NCBI GenBank assembly: GCA_963666365.2
Contig: CAXXNF010000001.1
Location: forward strand, 640,001-704,000
Length of the DNA: 64,000 nucleotides
Source of the DNA: Syntrophales bacterium
Lineage (GTDB): Bacteria > Desulfobacterota > Syntrophia > Syntrophales > UBA2210
Reading direction: 5' to 3'
Shown: positions 30,722-39,455 of the stretch, in pieces
Numbering within the stretch: the stretch's first letter is position 1
Layout of the letters: the number at the start of each line of letters is the position of its first letter
Made by a program: the position numbers and the translations under genes
Notes under the pieces: model-generated
Seen by the model: only the letters and a program-made list of their open reading frames with translations
Database searches by the model: none
Told to the model about the DNA's origin: nothing

Positions 30722-31999
30722 ATGACTGCACAAAGAATCATCACTGCCATCAGCGCGGCCATACTGTGTATAGTATGCGCCCTCTGTTCATTCGCCGGTC
30801 CGGCGCTGGCCGGAGAACTGGGATTAATCCCCATGGACCGTAAGATCTACGAATCATACCTTAAAAGGAAGCCCTTCCGAAAGCCGCTCGCGGCCCTTCC
30901 CGCACACTACGACTGGCGCACCTCCGACGCCGTGACGCCCGCAAGGGATCAGGGAAAATGCGGCTCATGCTGGGCCTTCAGTGCAACCGCCGCCTTCGAA
31001 TCGAAGATACTCATCGGTTTCGGCATCGAGTACGACCTTGCGGAGCAGATGCTGGTCTCCTGTTACGGCCCCCCGAAGGCCTTCGGCTGCTGCGGAGGAG
31101 AATTGGATGCCGTCCGTTTTTATGAAACCGCCGCCCCCCGCGAAGAAAGTTGCTATCGGTACGGCGACGGCTGTTTTGCCGATATCCATCAGGACTGCCC
31201 CCCCACCACCGACATGGCTGCGCACTACGCCTGTCCCCCCGTCTGTTACCACGTGCAGGAGTTCTATACCCTTGAAAAGGATTATCCGGGCAAGATAAAG
31301 CAGTCATTACTGGAAGACGGTCCCGGCCTGATGGCCTTCTTCGTCTATGAAGATTTTAAAACCTACTGGAAAGAGCCTGCCGGCGCCTCTCCCTGGTCGG
31401 ACGGAGCATACTCCCATGAATCGGGTGAAAACATCGGAGGACATGCCGTGCTGGCAATCGGCTGGGACGATGCCACGGAAAGTTATCTCTGCAAAAACAG
31501 CTGGGGCGCCGAGGGCGGTCCCTTCGGCGACGGCACCTTCAGGATTCGGTACGACCAGATACTCTCCTTTGCCAATTTTACCATTGCTGAAGGGATCTGC
31601 GACTACTACACTATCGCCCTTACGCGCCAGAAAGCGAGATTTGCCGCCATTCGCGATTATATTGAAGAACGGGGGTCTTCAGTGGAACTTACAACCAGGG
31701 TTGTCACCTCCTTCCCCGAATATATCGCAGGCGGCTATGCCCATATCTCCCGTGCATACTCTTCCCGGGAGGATCGCGTACCCAGTTATCAGCCTATCCC
31801 CAACGGCAGCTCCTGCCGGTGGGATGAAAAAACAGGTGAATTGGTCCTGAACGTTGCTGTGGACTGGCAAGACAGCACATGGGTCGACCTGGAATCGTGG
31901 ATCGTCGATGCGCAGGGTATCGAATCGGAGCATCAGGGACTTCGCCTGTATCGTCCGGGAAGACGAAACCAGCCGCACCGCCAAAGAGCTTTCCCTTAA
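30722..31999 (+). CDS. Secreted papain-like cysteine protease (MEROPS C1) with a C-terminal extension
   Basis: Signal peptide; YDWR, DQGKCGSCWAF (catalytic Cys), GGHAV (His), KNSWG (Asn). Confidence 0.92.
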   Translation: MTAQRIITAISAAILCIVCALCSFAGPALAGELGLIPMDRKIYESYLKRKPFRKPLAALPAHYDWRTSDAVTPARDQGKCGSCWAFSATAAFESKILIGFGIEYDLAEQMLVSCYGPPKAFGCCGGELDAVRFYETAAPREESCYRYGDGCFADIHQDCPPTTDMAAHYACPPVCYHVQEFYTLEKDYPGKIKQSLLEDGPGLMAFFVYEDFKTYWKEPAGASPWSDGAYSHESGENIGGHAVLAIGWDDATESYLCKNSWGAEGGPFGDGTFRIRYDQILSFANFTIAEGICDYYTIALTRQKARFAAIRDYIEERGSSVELTTRVVTSFPEYIAGGYAHISRAYSSREDRVPSYQPIPNGSSCRWDEKTGELVLNVAVDWQDSTWVDLESWIVDAQGIESEHQGLRLYRPGRRNQPHRQRAFP

Positions 32000-32132
32000 A
32001 GCACTTGAAAGGCCCGTCAATCTATGCTACACCTGCAGGGCAGTACCCAGTTGATATTATTCCTGTCTCACTAAAATTGCATGCTCATTCGCCGGATGTC
32101 TTGTCGCATATACATGATTGAGGGATGTATAA

Positions 32133-33491
32133 ATGGAGCACCTGTCTTTTGAATGCTGTGAGGCAGTGCCCGTCGGTATCTTTGTCGTTGATGCCGGCAT
32201 GGGCATCACTTTTTTTAACTCCACGGCTGAAAGGATTACCGGATACTCGAAGTCCGAGGCCCTCTCCTGCAAGTGTTTTGAGATCTTCCGGGCCGCACGA
32301 TGCTTTGAGGAATGCCCGCTGAGAGCCGCTCTGGAAAAAAAGGACACCGTCCCTTTCAGGACAGGAAACACCATTCTGACAAAGGACAACAGGGAAATCC
32401 CCATAGAGATATCCGCATCGGTCCTCTCCGATGAGAACGGCAATATTACCTGCGCCATCGAATGCTTTCAGGAACCGCTCCCCGATGCCGCCAGGGACAG
32501 GGCAAAAAAAGGGGCGCCCCGAAACAGAGCATCCTTTGATGATATCATCGGAACTGATCCCACGATCAGGCACATTGTCGACATTCTCACCGTTGCATCG
32601 AAGACGGACGCACATATACTTCTTACGGGAGAAACGGGCACAGGAAAGGACATTCTCGCCCGATCCATTCACCGTGCGAGCAACCGGCGAGAGGGTCGAT
32701 TTGTCAAGGTGAATTGTGCGGCTATGCCGGGCGAACTGCTTGAATCGGAATTCTTCGGCTACAAAAAAGGCGCCTTTACCGACGCCAAAACCGATAAGCC
32801 GGGGCGTTTTCAACTGGCCGAAGGAGGGACAATTTTTCTCGATGAGATAGGCGATCTCCCCCTTGCCCTTCAGGCGAAACTGCTTCAGGTTGTCGACGAG
32901 AAAACCTTCTACCCTCTGGGCGCCTCAAAACCGCAGAGTGTGGACGTGCGCGTGATTTCATCAACCAACCGCAACCTTGCAGAAATGGTGGAAGAGGGCC
33001 TTTTCAGGGAAGACCTTTTCTACCGGCTGAACGTTATCGGTATCGAATTGCCGCCGCTGAGGGACCGTCCTTCGGATATACCCGCCCTGACAGATCATTT
33101 CCTCAGCAACTTTCGTCCTCATGACTGTGGCGCATCTTTCGAAGAGGCACTCTCCGCTGAGGCAAAAGATCTTCTTTTTCACTACAGCTACCCCGGAAAC
33201 ATACGGGAACTCAAACACATCCTTGAACATGCCTGTATCATGAGCCAGGGGAAGCCCATAACCGCCGCAATGCTCCCCCCACGTCTTACCGCGGGCGCGC
33301 CGTCGAAGCAGTCCGGCATCGACGGTCCCGGTGCGACAACCGATTTCATGGGCGCCGACGCTGAAGAACGGGAGCTCATTCTTGATACCCTCCGCCGCCA
33401 AAAATGGAATCGACAGAAGGCGGCGACAGCGCTTTCAATCGATCGTACAACCCTGTGGCGCAAGATGAAACGCCTGGGTCTCCGGACATGA
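32133..33491 (+). CDS. Sigma-54-dependent activator (PAS-AAA+-Fis HTH)
   Basis: PAS N-terminus; GETGTGKD (Walker A), GAFTDA, FLDEIG, FREDLFYRL, IDRTTLWRKM. Confidence 0.95.
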   Translation: MEHLSFECCEAVPVGIFVVDAGMGITFFNSTAERITGYSKSEALSCKCFEIFRAARCFEECPLRAALEKKDTVPFRTGNTILTKDNREIPIEISASVLSDENGNITCAIECFQEPLPDAARDRAKKGAPRNRASFDDIIGTDPTIRHIVDILTVASKTDAHILLTGETGTGKDILARSIHRASNRREGRFVKVNCAAMPGELLESEFFGYKKGAFTDAKTDKPGRFQLAEGGTIFLDEIGDLPLALQAKLLQVVDEKTFYPLGASKPQSVDVRVISSTNRNLAEMVEEGLFREDLFYRLNVIGIELPPLRDRPSDIPALTDHFLSNFRPHDCGASFEEALSAEAKDLLFHYSYPGNIRELKHILEHACIMSQGKPITAAMLPPRLTAGAPSKQSGIDGPGATTDFMGADAEERELILDTLRRQKWNRQKAATALSIDRTTLWRKMKRLGLRT

Positions 33492-33500
33492 TCGCTACGC

Positions 33501-33534
33501 TGCAACATATGCAACACTGCCGCAGTATGTTGCA
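33501..33534. promoter_or_regulatory. Candidate upstream activator sites (TGCAACA repeats / palindrome)
   Basis: TGCAACA at 33501 and 33510, TGTTGCA at 33528 and a further GCAACATA near 33599; the main palindrome lies about 145-175 bp upstream of a sigma-54 promoter. It could also act as a terminator hairpin. Confidence 0.55.
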
Positions 33535-33676
33535 ACGACTCAACACCTTTATTTAATTAAATATTTATCGAAAGGCGCCTCTACTTGTCGGCGGATACGC
33601 AACATATCGGCCATACAGCCAGATGGTGCCGGCGCCTCGTCTTTATAACCACCTGATATCACTCAATTCATGATAG

Positions 33677-33692
33677 TGGCACGCCTATTGCT
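33677..33692 (+). promoter_or_regulatory. Sigma-54 (-24/-12) promoter
   Basis: TGGCAC-GCCTA-TTGCT matches the TGGCAC-N5-TTGC consensus exactly and lies just downstream of a sigma-54 activator gene. Confidence 0.88.
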
Positions 33693-33724
33693 GTACTTTG
33701 ATGTACGAAGGCAGGAGGAAGGCC

Positions 33725-34048
33725 ATGCATGCGATAGTATGCACACTCAACGGCAGAATTGCCCCCAAGTATTATGACGCAGCGCAACTGCTTTCCCTCG
33801 TCATAAAGGAAGGGAAGATCGCCCATCGAAAGGTGATCGCCGTTGATGCGCTTGATCCTGATGAGTTGTGTGCGCTGGTGCTCCACCTGAAGGCCGACGT
33901 GGTAATCTGCGGCGGGATTCGTCAGGACTACCAGCGCAAACTGGCCGGATCATCGGTGCAGCTCATCTACAATGTTATCGGAAATATCGACGATGTAGTG
34001 AAGCGCTTTGTGGAGGGCACACTCGGCACGGGCGATATTGTCACGTAA
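33725..34048 (+). CDS. NifB/NifX-family (dinitrogenase FeMo-cofactor domain) protein
   Basis: GRIAPKYY, ADVVICGGI, NVIGNIDDVV..F..G.L; AGGAGG RBS. Confidence 0.8.
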   Translation: MHAIVCTLNGRIAPKYYDAAQLLSLVIKEGKIAHRKVIAVDALDPDELCALVLHLKADVVICGGIRQDYQRKLAGSSVQLIYNVIGNIDDVVKRFVEGTLGTGDIVT

Positions 34049-34075
34049 CAACCACACATAAAGGAGGATTTGAGT

Positions 34076-35143
34076 ATGAAAAGAAGAGACTTCTTGAAGG
34101 GAATCGCCGCAACGGGCGCGGGCATCGCCGTTTCAGGGGGTGTGGGAACACTAACGACGGCACACGCGCGAAAGAAGGAAGATTTTGGAGAAGTTAAAAG
34201 CGTTAAAGTGTACTGCGTCTCCGAGACAAGCTGGTTCGACAATGCCACGCTCGGCAAAGACATCAAGGCCGCCGGCGGCATAAATACAAACCAGTATGAT
34301 GTCGCCTACAACATTGAAAATCTCGGCGGTTACTCTGCCGTCGTAGAAGTGGAGGCCCTTGACGGTAAGAAAACCAAATATCTTCTTGATACCGGCTGGA
34401 ACAACGACTGGATGGATTATGTCTTTGAAAAATCAGGCGTTGACAAGATGCTTAAGGGCAAAGAAATCGATACGATGATCATTTCCCACGATCATATCGA
34501 CCACTATTTCGGTCTTGAAAGCACGCTGAAGCATCAGCCTGACATCAAAATTTATTTCCCCGGCACCTCGATGAAAAAGAGTTTTGAGCTGCTCAAGGGC
34601 GCCGACTTTTCGGCAACGCCGGGCTGTCCGAAAAATACGGTTCCTCATACCGGTGAATTGATTGTGACCGAGACCAACAAACTCTACAAACTGCAGGAGG
34701 GCGCCGCCGTTGTGTTCTTCGACTGCCCGGCGACGCTGCAGGTTCGCGGCGAGAACGTCATGTACTTCAAACTGAAAGACAAGGGCTACGTCACCGTTAC
34801 CGGTTGCTGCCATCCCGGCATTCTCACACTGATCAACCACGCCCGCAGAAACTTCAAGGACGGCAACAAAAATTACGGGTGCTACGGCGGTCTGCATATC
34901 TCGGTCTTTGAGAACTGGGATCCGAAATTCGATGACATCATCAAAGGCATGAAGACGTACAATATGACCAAGATCGGTTGCAACCACTGCACCGGGTGGA
35001 TCTGGGCGGAGAAAGCCGCTGCCGCGGGACTGCCCATCGTCCACGGCACCAATAAAAATCTTTCTTACAAGAAGGTGGGATCACTTGCCAAAGCCAAAAC
35101 ATCCAATGTGTATCTAGGAAATGGCGACGAAATGGTGTTCTGA
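34076..35143 (+). CDS. Tat-exported metallo-beta-lactamase-fold hydrolase (COG1237-like)
   Basis: Tat signal MKRRDFLK plus h-region; LLDTG, SHDHIDH, TGCCHPG, GGLH, NHCTG. Confidence 0.85.
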   Translation: MKRRDFLKGIAATGAGIAVSGGVGTLTTAHARKKEDFGEVKSVKVYCVSETSWFDNATLGKDIKAAGGINTNQYDVAYNIENLGGYSAVVEVEALDGKKTKYLLDTGWNNDWMDYVFEKSGVDKMLKGKEIDTMIISHDHIDHYFGLESTLKHQPDIKIYFPGTSMKKSFELLKGADFSATPGCPKNTVPHTGELIVTETNKLYKLQEGAAVVFFDCPATLQVRGENVMYFKLKDKGYVTVTGCCHPGILTLINHARRNFKDGNKNYGCYGGLHISVFENWDPKFDDIIKGMKTYNMTKIGCNHCTGWIWAEKAAAAGLPIVHGTNKNLSYKKVGSLAKAKTSNVYLGNGDEMVF

Positions 35144-35280
35144 GTGGAGATCGACCAGGCAACAGACGAAATGAATCGATAATTGTCCCGAAGGGGTCGA
35201 ACACTCCTGAAAAATTATTTTCCGGGTATCGACCCCTTTCTTTCATCAACACGACATCTACACACACAAGGGGGGTATCT

Positions 35281-36525
35281 ATGGACAACAATCAATCCAA
35301 TGAAAACTGGCTCGCTACTCGGCAGCTGGAACCTCGATGGTCTATTGGTCTTTCGGGCATCGTCAATTTGATCGTGCTTATCATCGGCGTGTGTGCCATA
35401 TGGTGGATCTTTTTCTCAGAGGCAGGATTGTGTAAACTTTATACACCTCTTCTGGGTTTTTCTCTGGTTATATGGACACTGCTCATACTGCTCTGGCAGA
35501 CGGAACTGTTTGATTATTGGCCGTTCTCACGCACCTACCTGAAGAATACAAATCCCCTGGCCAAGGGAGCGACGATGACCGCACTGATGATTGTCATTTA
35601 CCTCGTCCTTGTTATCGGATGTGTATTTCTGATATTGGGAAAACTGGGCATCACCTATTTCAACTGGAACAGTCTGATGGCCTATGGCGAGCTGGGACAG
35701 GACGCCCTGTCCACCAGGGAAACAGCCTCCTGGGCAATGCTTTCACTCTCGGTTCCGTTCTTTCTTTTCAGCGTCTGGTTCATGTTCGGCATCGGAAGGG
35801 ACCTTTTCCCCGAGCTGAAACAGCCGAAACTCGGAATTGCCATGTGGGCGATTATAGCCGTATTCGGCATCTACTTTTTCTTCATCTTCTTTCACCCCCA
35901 TCTCGGCTCCATGTTCTATCCGAAGCAGGTCTATACGGCGATCCCGCCCTGGTGGGAAAGCATCGCCCACACAAACAGCGCCGAATACAGTCTGGGCATT
36001 CTTTTCTGCACCGTCGTAGCAACCTTTCTCGCCTTCCATCTCTGGGACGGCTGGCCCTTCCTCTACGTAAAAAAACAACCCTGGCGATTTATCATTTTTG
36101 CCGTAATCAGTCTTGTGCTCGGCTATATCCTGTTCCGCATTCAGCTCTTCGTGTTCGACTACTTATGGGATGAAGCCTATGTGGGCGGCCAGAACGATGC
36201 CAATTTCGGGTGGCGCTACGGTCACACCGTGACAATGGCGAATTTTATCCTTGTAATTGCCCTGATTCAGAACATATACTTCGGGCAGGCCTACGAAAAA
36301 TTGAATGGAATCGTACGGTCCGTCATCAAGACCGTCGTTGCCATCGTGATAGGTCTTCTTTTCGCATGGGCCTATTACGCATGGGGACCGACGCTTCTTG
36401 GCGTATGCGAGGGCGTGTCCCATCCATCGGAAAATGCCGCCGCCTTTTTGATCATGGTCATTAACCTGATTATGATACATGATTACTTTATGGACGGATG
36501 GCCGGGCTATCGACTGAAAAAATAA
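35281..36525 (+). CDS. Polytopic membrane protein, putative transporter
   Basis: About 10 hydrophobic segments; recurring WP motifs (FDYWPF, WDGWPF, MDGWPG) suggest internal repeats; same operon. Confidence 0.8.
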   Translation: MDNNQSNENWLATRQLEPRWSIGLSGIVNLIVLIIGVCAIWWIFFSEAGLCKLYTPLLGFSLVIWTLLILLWQTELFDYWPFSRTYLKNTNPLAKGATMTALMIVIYLVLVIGCVFLILGKLGITYFNWNSLMAYGELGQDALSTRETASWAMLSLSVPFFLFSVWFMFGIGRDLFPELKQPKLGIAMWAIIAVFGIYFFFIFFHPHLGSMFYPKQVYTAIPPWWESIAHTNSAEYSLGILFCTVVATFLAFHLWDGWPFLYVKKQPWRFIIFAVISLVLGYILFRIQLFVFDYLWDEAYVGGQNDANFGWRYGHTVTMANFILVIALIQNIYFGQAYEKLNGIVRSVIKTVVAIVIGLLFAWAYYAWGPTLLGVCEGVSHPSENAAAFLIMVINLIMIHDYFMDGWPGYRLKK

Positions 36526-36542
36526 CCGAAGAGAAGAGAAGT

Positions 36543-37526
36543 ATGACCGTAACAGAGCACACCGATCCTGTCGCCGCCGCTGAATCGCTTATGCTTGAAC
36601 TGTTCCAGCATGTGTTTCAGAATGATGCAGCGCGGCGCCATTTCGGTTTTTCTCAGATATCTCAGGTGGTTGATGCGGATGGGCTGCCGCAGTGGTATCT
36701 CTGGTTTTCAGATAAGAGGGGCGCCTACTCCCTGACAATTGTCGAAGGGTGCACGTTGTCCGACAGTTTTGACGCGGCGGCCCACGGTTCAGGCGCCCCT
36801 TTGGTAGAAAGCAGAATCCTTCTCCGTTACTTTCCGGCCATCGAAGAGGACGACTTCGATGCACTGTCCTGTACCGAGCAGCTCTTCAGAATGAGCCCCA
36901 ACTGCGACGCAACCGGCACGCCCTCCTTCGAAGGAGGCGGCGCCATGCATCCAAGTTTCTTTGTCGCCGGACATATGGACATCATCGTCGATTCCTCGAA
37001 AAGGGATGTCGCGTTTTTTTGTGCCGCACCCGACAGATGGCGCGATTATCGTACCGACGGCCTGATTATGACTGATACAACAGGCACACCCCAGCAGGTG
37101 CTCTCGCCCGGAGACATTGACCGAGATTTTCCGGGATGGATGCTGACGTCCTTCTTTTTTGACAAAATAATCTCGGCATTCTGCTGTATGACCGCAGGAG
37201 CGCCCCGCATTGCGGGCGCTGCGATGAAGCGTTCCCGTCACTATGAGATCGACGGGGCGAACCACGTCACCGTCGTCGACGACGACACCATTATGGAACG
37301 GATTTTGGGCGCAGCGTTTTTCGACGCCGACGATGAAGAGACTGTACGAAAGAAGGCGGCATCTTTTACGGAAAGACTCAATTCGAGGGACTACGGACTG
37401 ATCGGCATATGGGAACGGCCCGACGATATACCTGCAGGATGGTGTAATCCGGCATGGTGGACAATCAGAGACAGACATTTTCATGCCGATTCGGACCGCC
37501 TGTGCTCCTGCTATCATGATCATTAG
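36543..37526 (+). CDS. Hypothetical protein ending in CSCYHDH
   Basis: 327-codon ORF closely spaced within the operon; no family recognised. Confidence 0.7.
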   Translation: MTVTEHTDPVAAAESLMLELFQHVFQNDAARRHFGFSQISQVVDADGLPQWYLWFSDKRGAYSLTIVEGCTLSDSFDAAAHGSGAPLVESRILLRYFPAIEEDDFDALSCTEQLFRMSPNCDATGTPSFEGGGAMHPSFFVAGHMDIIVDSSKRDVAFFCAAPDRWRDYRTDGLIMTDTTGTPQQVLSPGDIDRDFPGWMLTSFFFDKIISAFCCMTAGAPRIAGAAMKRSRHYEIDGANHVTVVDDDTIMERILGAAFFDADDEETVRKKAASFTERLNSRDYGLIGIWERPDDIPAGWCNPAWWTIRDRHFHADSDRLCSCYHDH

Positions 37527-37553
37527 AGGGAAGTGAAAGGACGGCGCGCATCC

Positions 37554-37826
37554 ATGGTCGACAAATCACGTCGAAGCTTTTTTAACGATTATTTTCTGAA
37601 AACCGCAGTCAAATGCATTTCCGAAGGCCGTGAAGCCTATGAAAAGACGAAAAACGATCTGGACTACTTTGATTCTTTCGAATCGGCCTATCCTCTCATA
37701 TCGGAAAGCTATTCTTTTCTTGAGGACGAAGCACAGCGACTTGGAATCGACGTTACGGGCATGACAAAACTAGAGATTGTCAAAGAAATTTACCGAAAAG
37801 ACAATAAACGTTCCTCGCGAACCTAA
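37554..37826 (+). CDS. Small hypothetical protein with an N-terminal SRRSFF motif
   Basis: 90-codon ORF in the same orientation, AAAGGA upstream. Confidence 0.6.
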   Translation: MVDKSRRSFFNDYFLKTAVKCISEGREAYEKTKNDLDYFDSFESAYPLISESYSFLEDEAQRLGIDVTGMTKLEIVKEIYRKDNKRSSRT

Positions 37827-37873
37827 CAGAATGAGTTCTTCGGCACAGGAATCAGCGTGTAAAAAATATTTAC

Positions 37874-37975
37874 ATGAATCTTCACGCATCTCTTCGCACC
37901 AAACTGTTCTTAATTCACCTGCTCATGGTCCTTCTTATTGCAGGCAGCATCGGCACATACTTCTCAATGTATACA
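37874..37975 (+). pseudogene. Possible 5' remnant of a membrane sensor (TM1) gene
   Basis: SLRTKLFLIHLLMVLLIAGSIGTYF resembles the start of a TM/HAMP sensor protein; the frame then runs into the antisense of gatB. Confidence 0.35.
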
Positions 37976-38019
37976 TCTGAGGGGAAATTTTATCTTTTCA
38001 TTCCATATGACCGGTGCGA

Positions 38020-39453
38020 TCATGACGATGACAATCGCCGGGTCAGCAATTCCCGGATCACTTTCGGATTGGCTTTTCCGCCGGAGGTCTGCATGATCTG
38101 ACCGATCAAAAAACCCAGGGCTTTTCCCTGGCCGCTTTTGTAATCGGCCACCGCCGCCGCCTGCGCCGCAAACACCTGATCAATCAGCGATTCGAGCGCG
38201 CCCGCGTCGGACACCTGACCCAGGCCTTTGACTTTCACAATGTCCCGGGGAGCATCACCGGAATCAAACATGCACGACAGCACATCGCGGGCCGCGTTGG
38301 CGTTGATCTCGTCTTTTGCCAGCATTTCCAGAAGTGCGGCCAGTCTTTCCGGCGTCACGGGCGTATGGGAAAGATCCTGGCGACGTTCACGCAGGGCGGG
38401 CAAAAGCTGGGTGGTCAGCCAGTGCATGGCTGCTCTGATCTGGGCGCCCGCGCGAATCAATTCTTCAAAATAGACGGCCGTTTCCGGATCAGTGCTCAGA
38501 TAGGTCGCCTCGTCGGTTGAAAGGCCATACTGGTTGACAAACCGTTCAGCGCGCACTGCGGGCATTTCCGGCAGACGGGCGCGCAGTACCGCAATTTCTT
38601 CGGGTGAAAGCTCAATGACCGGCACAGAGGGATCGGGAACACAGGGGCCCTCAAACTTCTGCCGCATGGGCAGCGTGACTTTCTTATCCGGATCCCACAA
38701 CCGGGTGTGCAGCACCACGGATTCGCCGGCCCGCACGGCCGCGCTCTGACGGCTGATTTCGTAAGAAATTGCATCCCCCACGTGTCGGACGGAATTCATA
38801 TTCTTCACTTCCACCTTGGTGTTCATACGGCCGTCGCCTTTGGGACGGATGGAGATGTTCGCATCGGCGCGCATCGTGCCGTTTTCCATACTGCATTCCG
38901 ATGATCCCACATAGCGCACCTGCGTACGCAGGGCCTTGAGAAACTCCATTGCATGGTGGGGCGTCCGGAAATCCGGCTCGGTGACGATTTCCACGAGCGG
39001 TGCACCGGCACGATTGAAATCCACCAGACTGATCGGCGTTCGTCCTTCCATTTCATGCACCAGTTTGGCGACGTCCTCCTCCATATGAATATGATGGATG
39101 CGCATCCTTTTGGGCGAGCCGTCTTCATCGGCAATGTCAACCCAGCCACCGCGGGCCAGCGGCAGATGCACCTGTGAAAGCTGATATCCCTTGGGCAGGT
39201 CCGGATAGTAGTAAACCTTTTGATCAAAGGCGCTTTTCGGCTGAAGTTCGGCATTGAGGCCCAGGCATAAAAGCGCCGCCTTTTCGAGCGCGGCCCCGCT
39301 CAAACGAGGCGCGGCGCCGGGATGCCACAGACAGACCGGACAGGTGTTAATGTTCGGGTCATCGCCGGGATTATTGGGACAATCGCAAAAGAGCTTTGTG
39401 GCACAGTTGAGTTCGACATGAATTTCCAATCCAATAACCGCTTCAAATTCCAT
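38020..39453 (-). CDS. gatB: Asp-tRNA(Asn)/Glu-tRNA(Gln) amidotransferase subunit B, divergent
   Basis: VIGLEIHVEL, YYYPDLPKGYQ, HMEED, DFNRAGAPLVEIVTEPD, EVKNMNS, C-terminal YqeY-like GFLIGQIM..SGGKANP. Confidence 0.95.
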   Translation of the reverse strand: MEFEAVIGLEIHVELNCATKLFCDCPNNPGDDPNINTCPVCLWHPGAAPRLSGAALEKAALLCLGLNAELQPKSAFDQKVYYYPDLPKGYQLSQVHLPLARGGWVDIADEDGSPKRMRIHHIHMEEDVAKLVHEMEGRTPISLVDFNRAGAPLVEIVTEPDFRTPHHAMEFLKALRTQVRYVGSSECSMENGTMRADANISIRPKGDGRMNTKVEVKNMNSVRHVGDAISYEISRQSAAVRAGESVVLHTRLWDPDKKVTLPMRQKFEGPCVPDPSVPVIELSPEEIAVLRARLPEMPAVRAERFVNQYGLSTDEATYLSTDPETAVYFEELIRAGAQIRAAMHWLTTQLLPALRERRQDLSHTPVTPERLAALLEMLAKDEINANAARDVLSCMFDSGDAPRDIVKVKGLGQVSDAGALESLIDQVFAAQAAAVADYKSGQGKALGFLIGQIMQTSGGKANPKVIRELLTRRLSSS

Positions 39454-39455
39454 CA

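Noticed and set aside
33725..34048. Nitrogen fixation cluster
   Set aside because: NifX-like domains occur widely outside diazotrophs, and no nifHDK/ENB genes are present.
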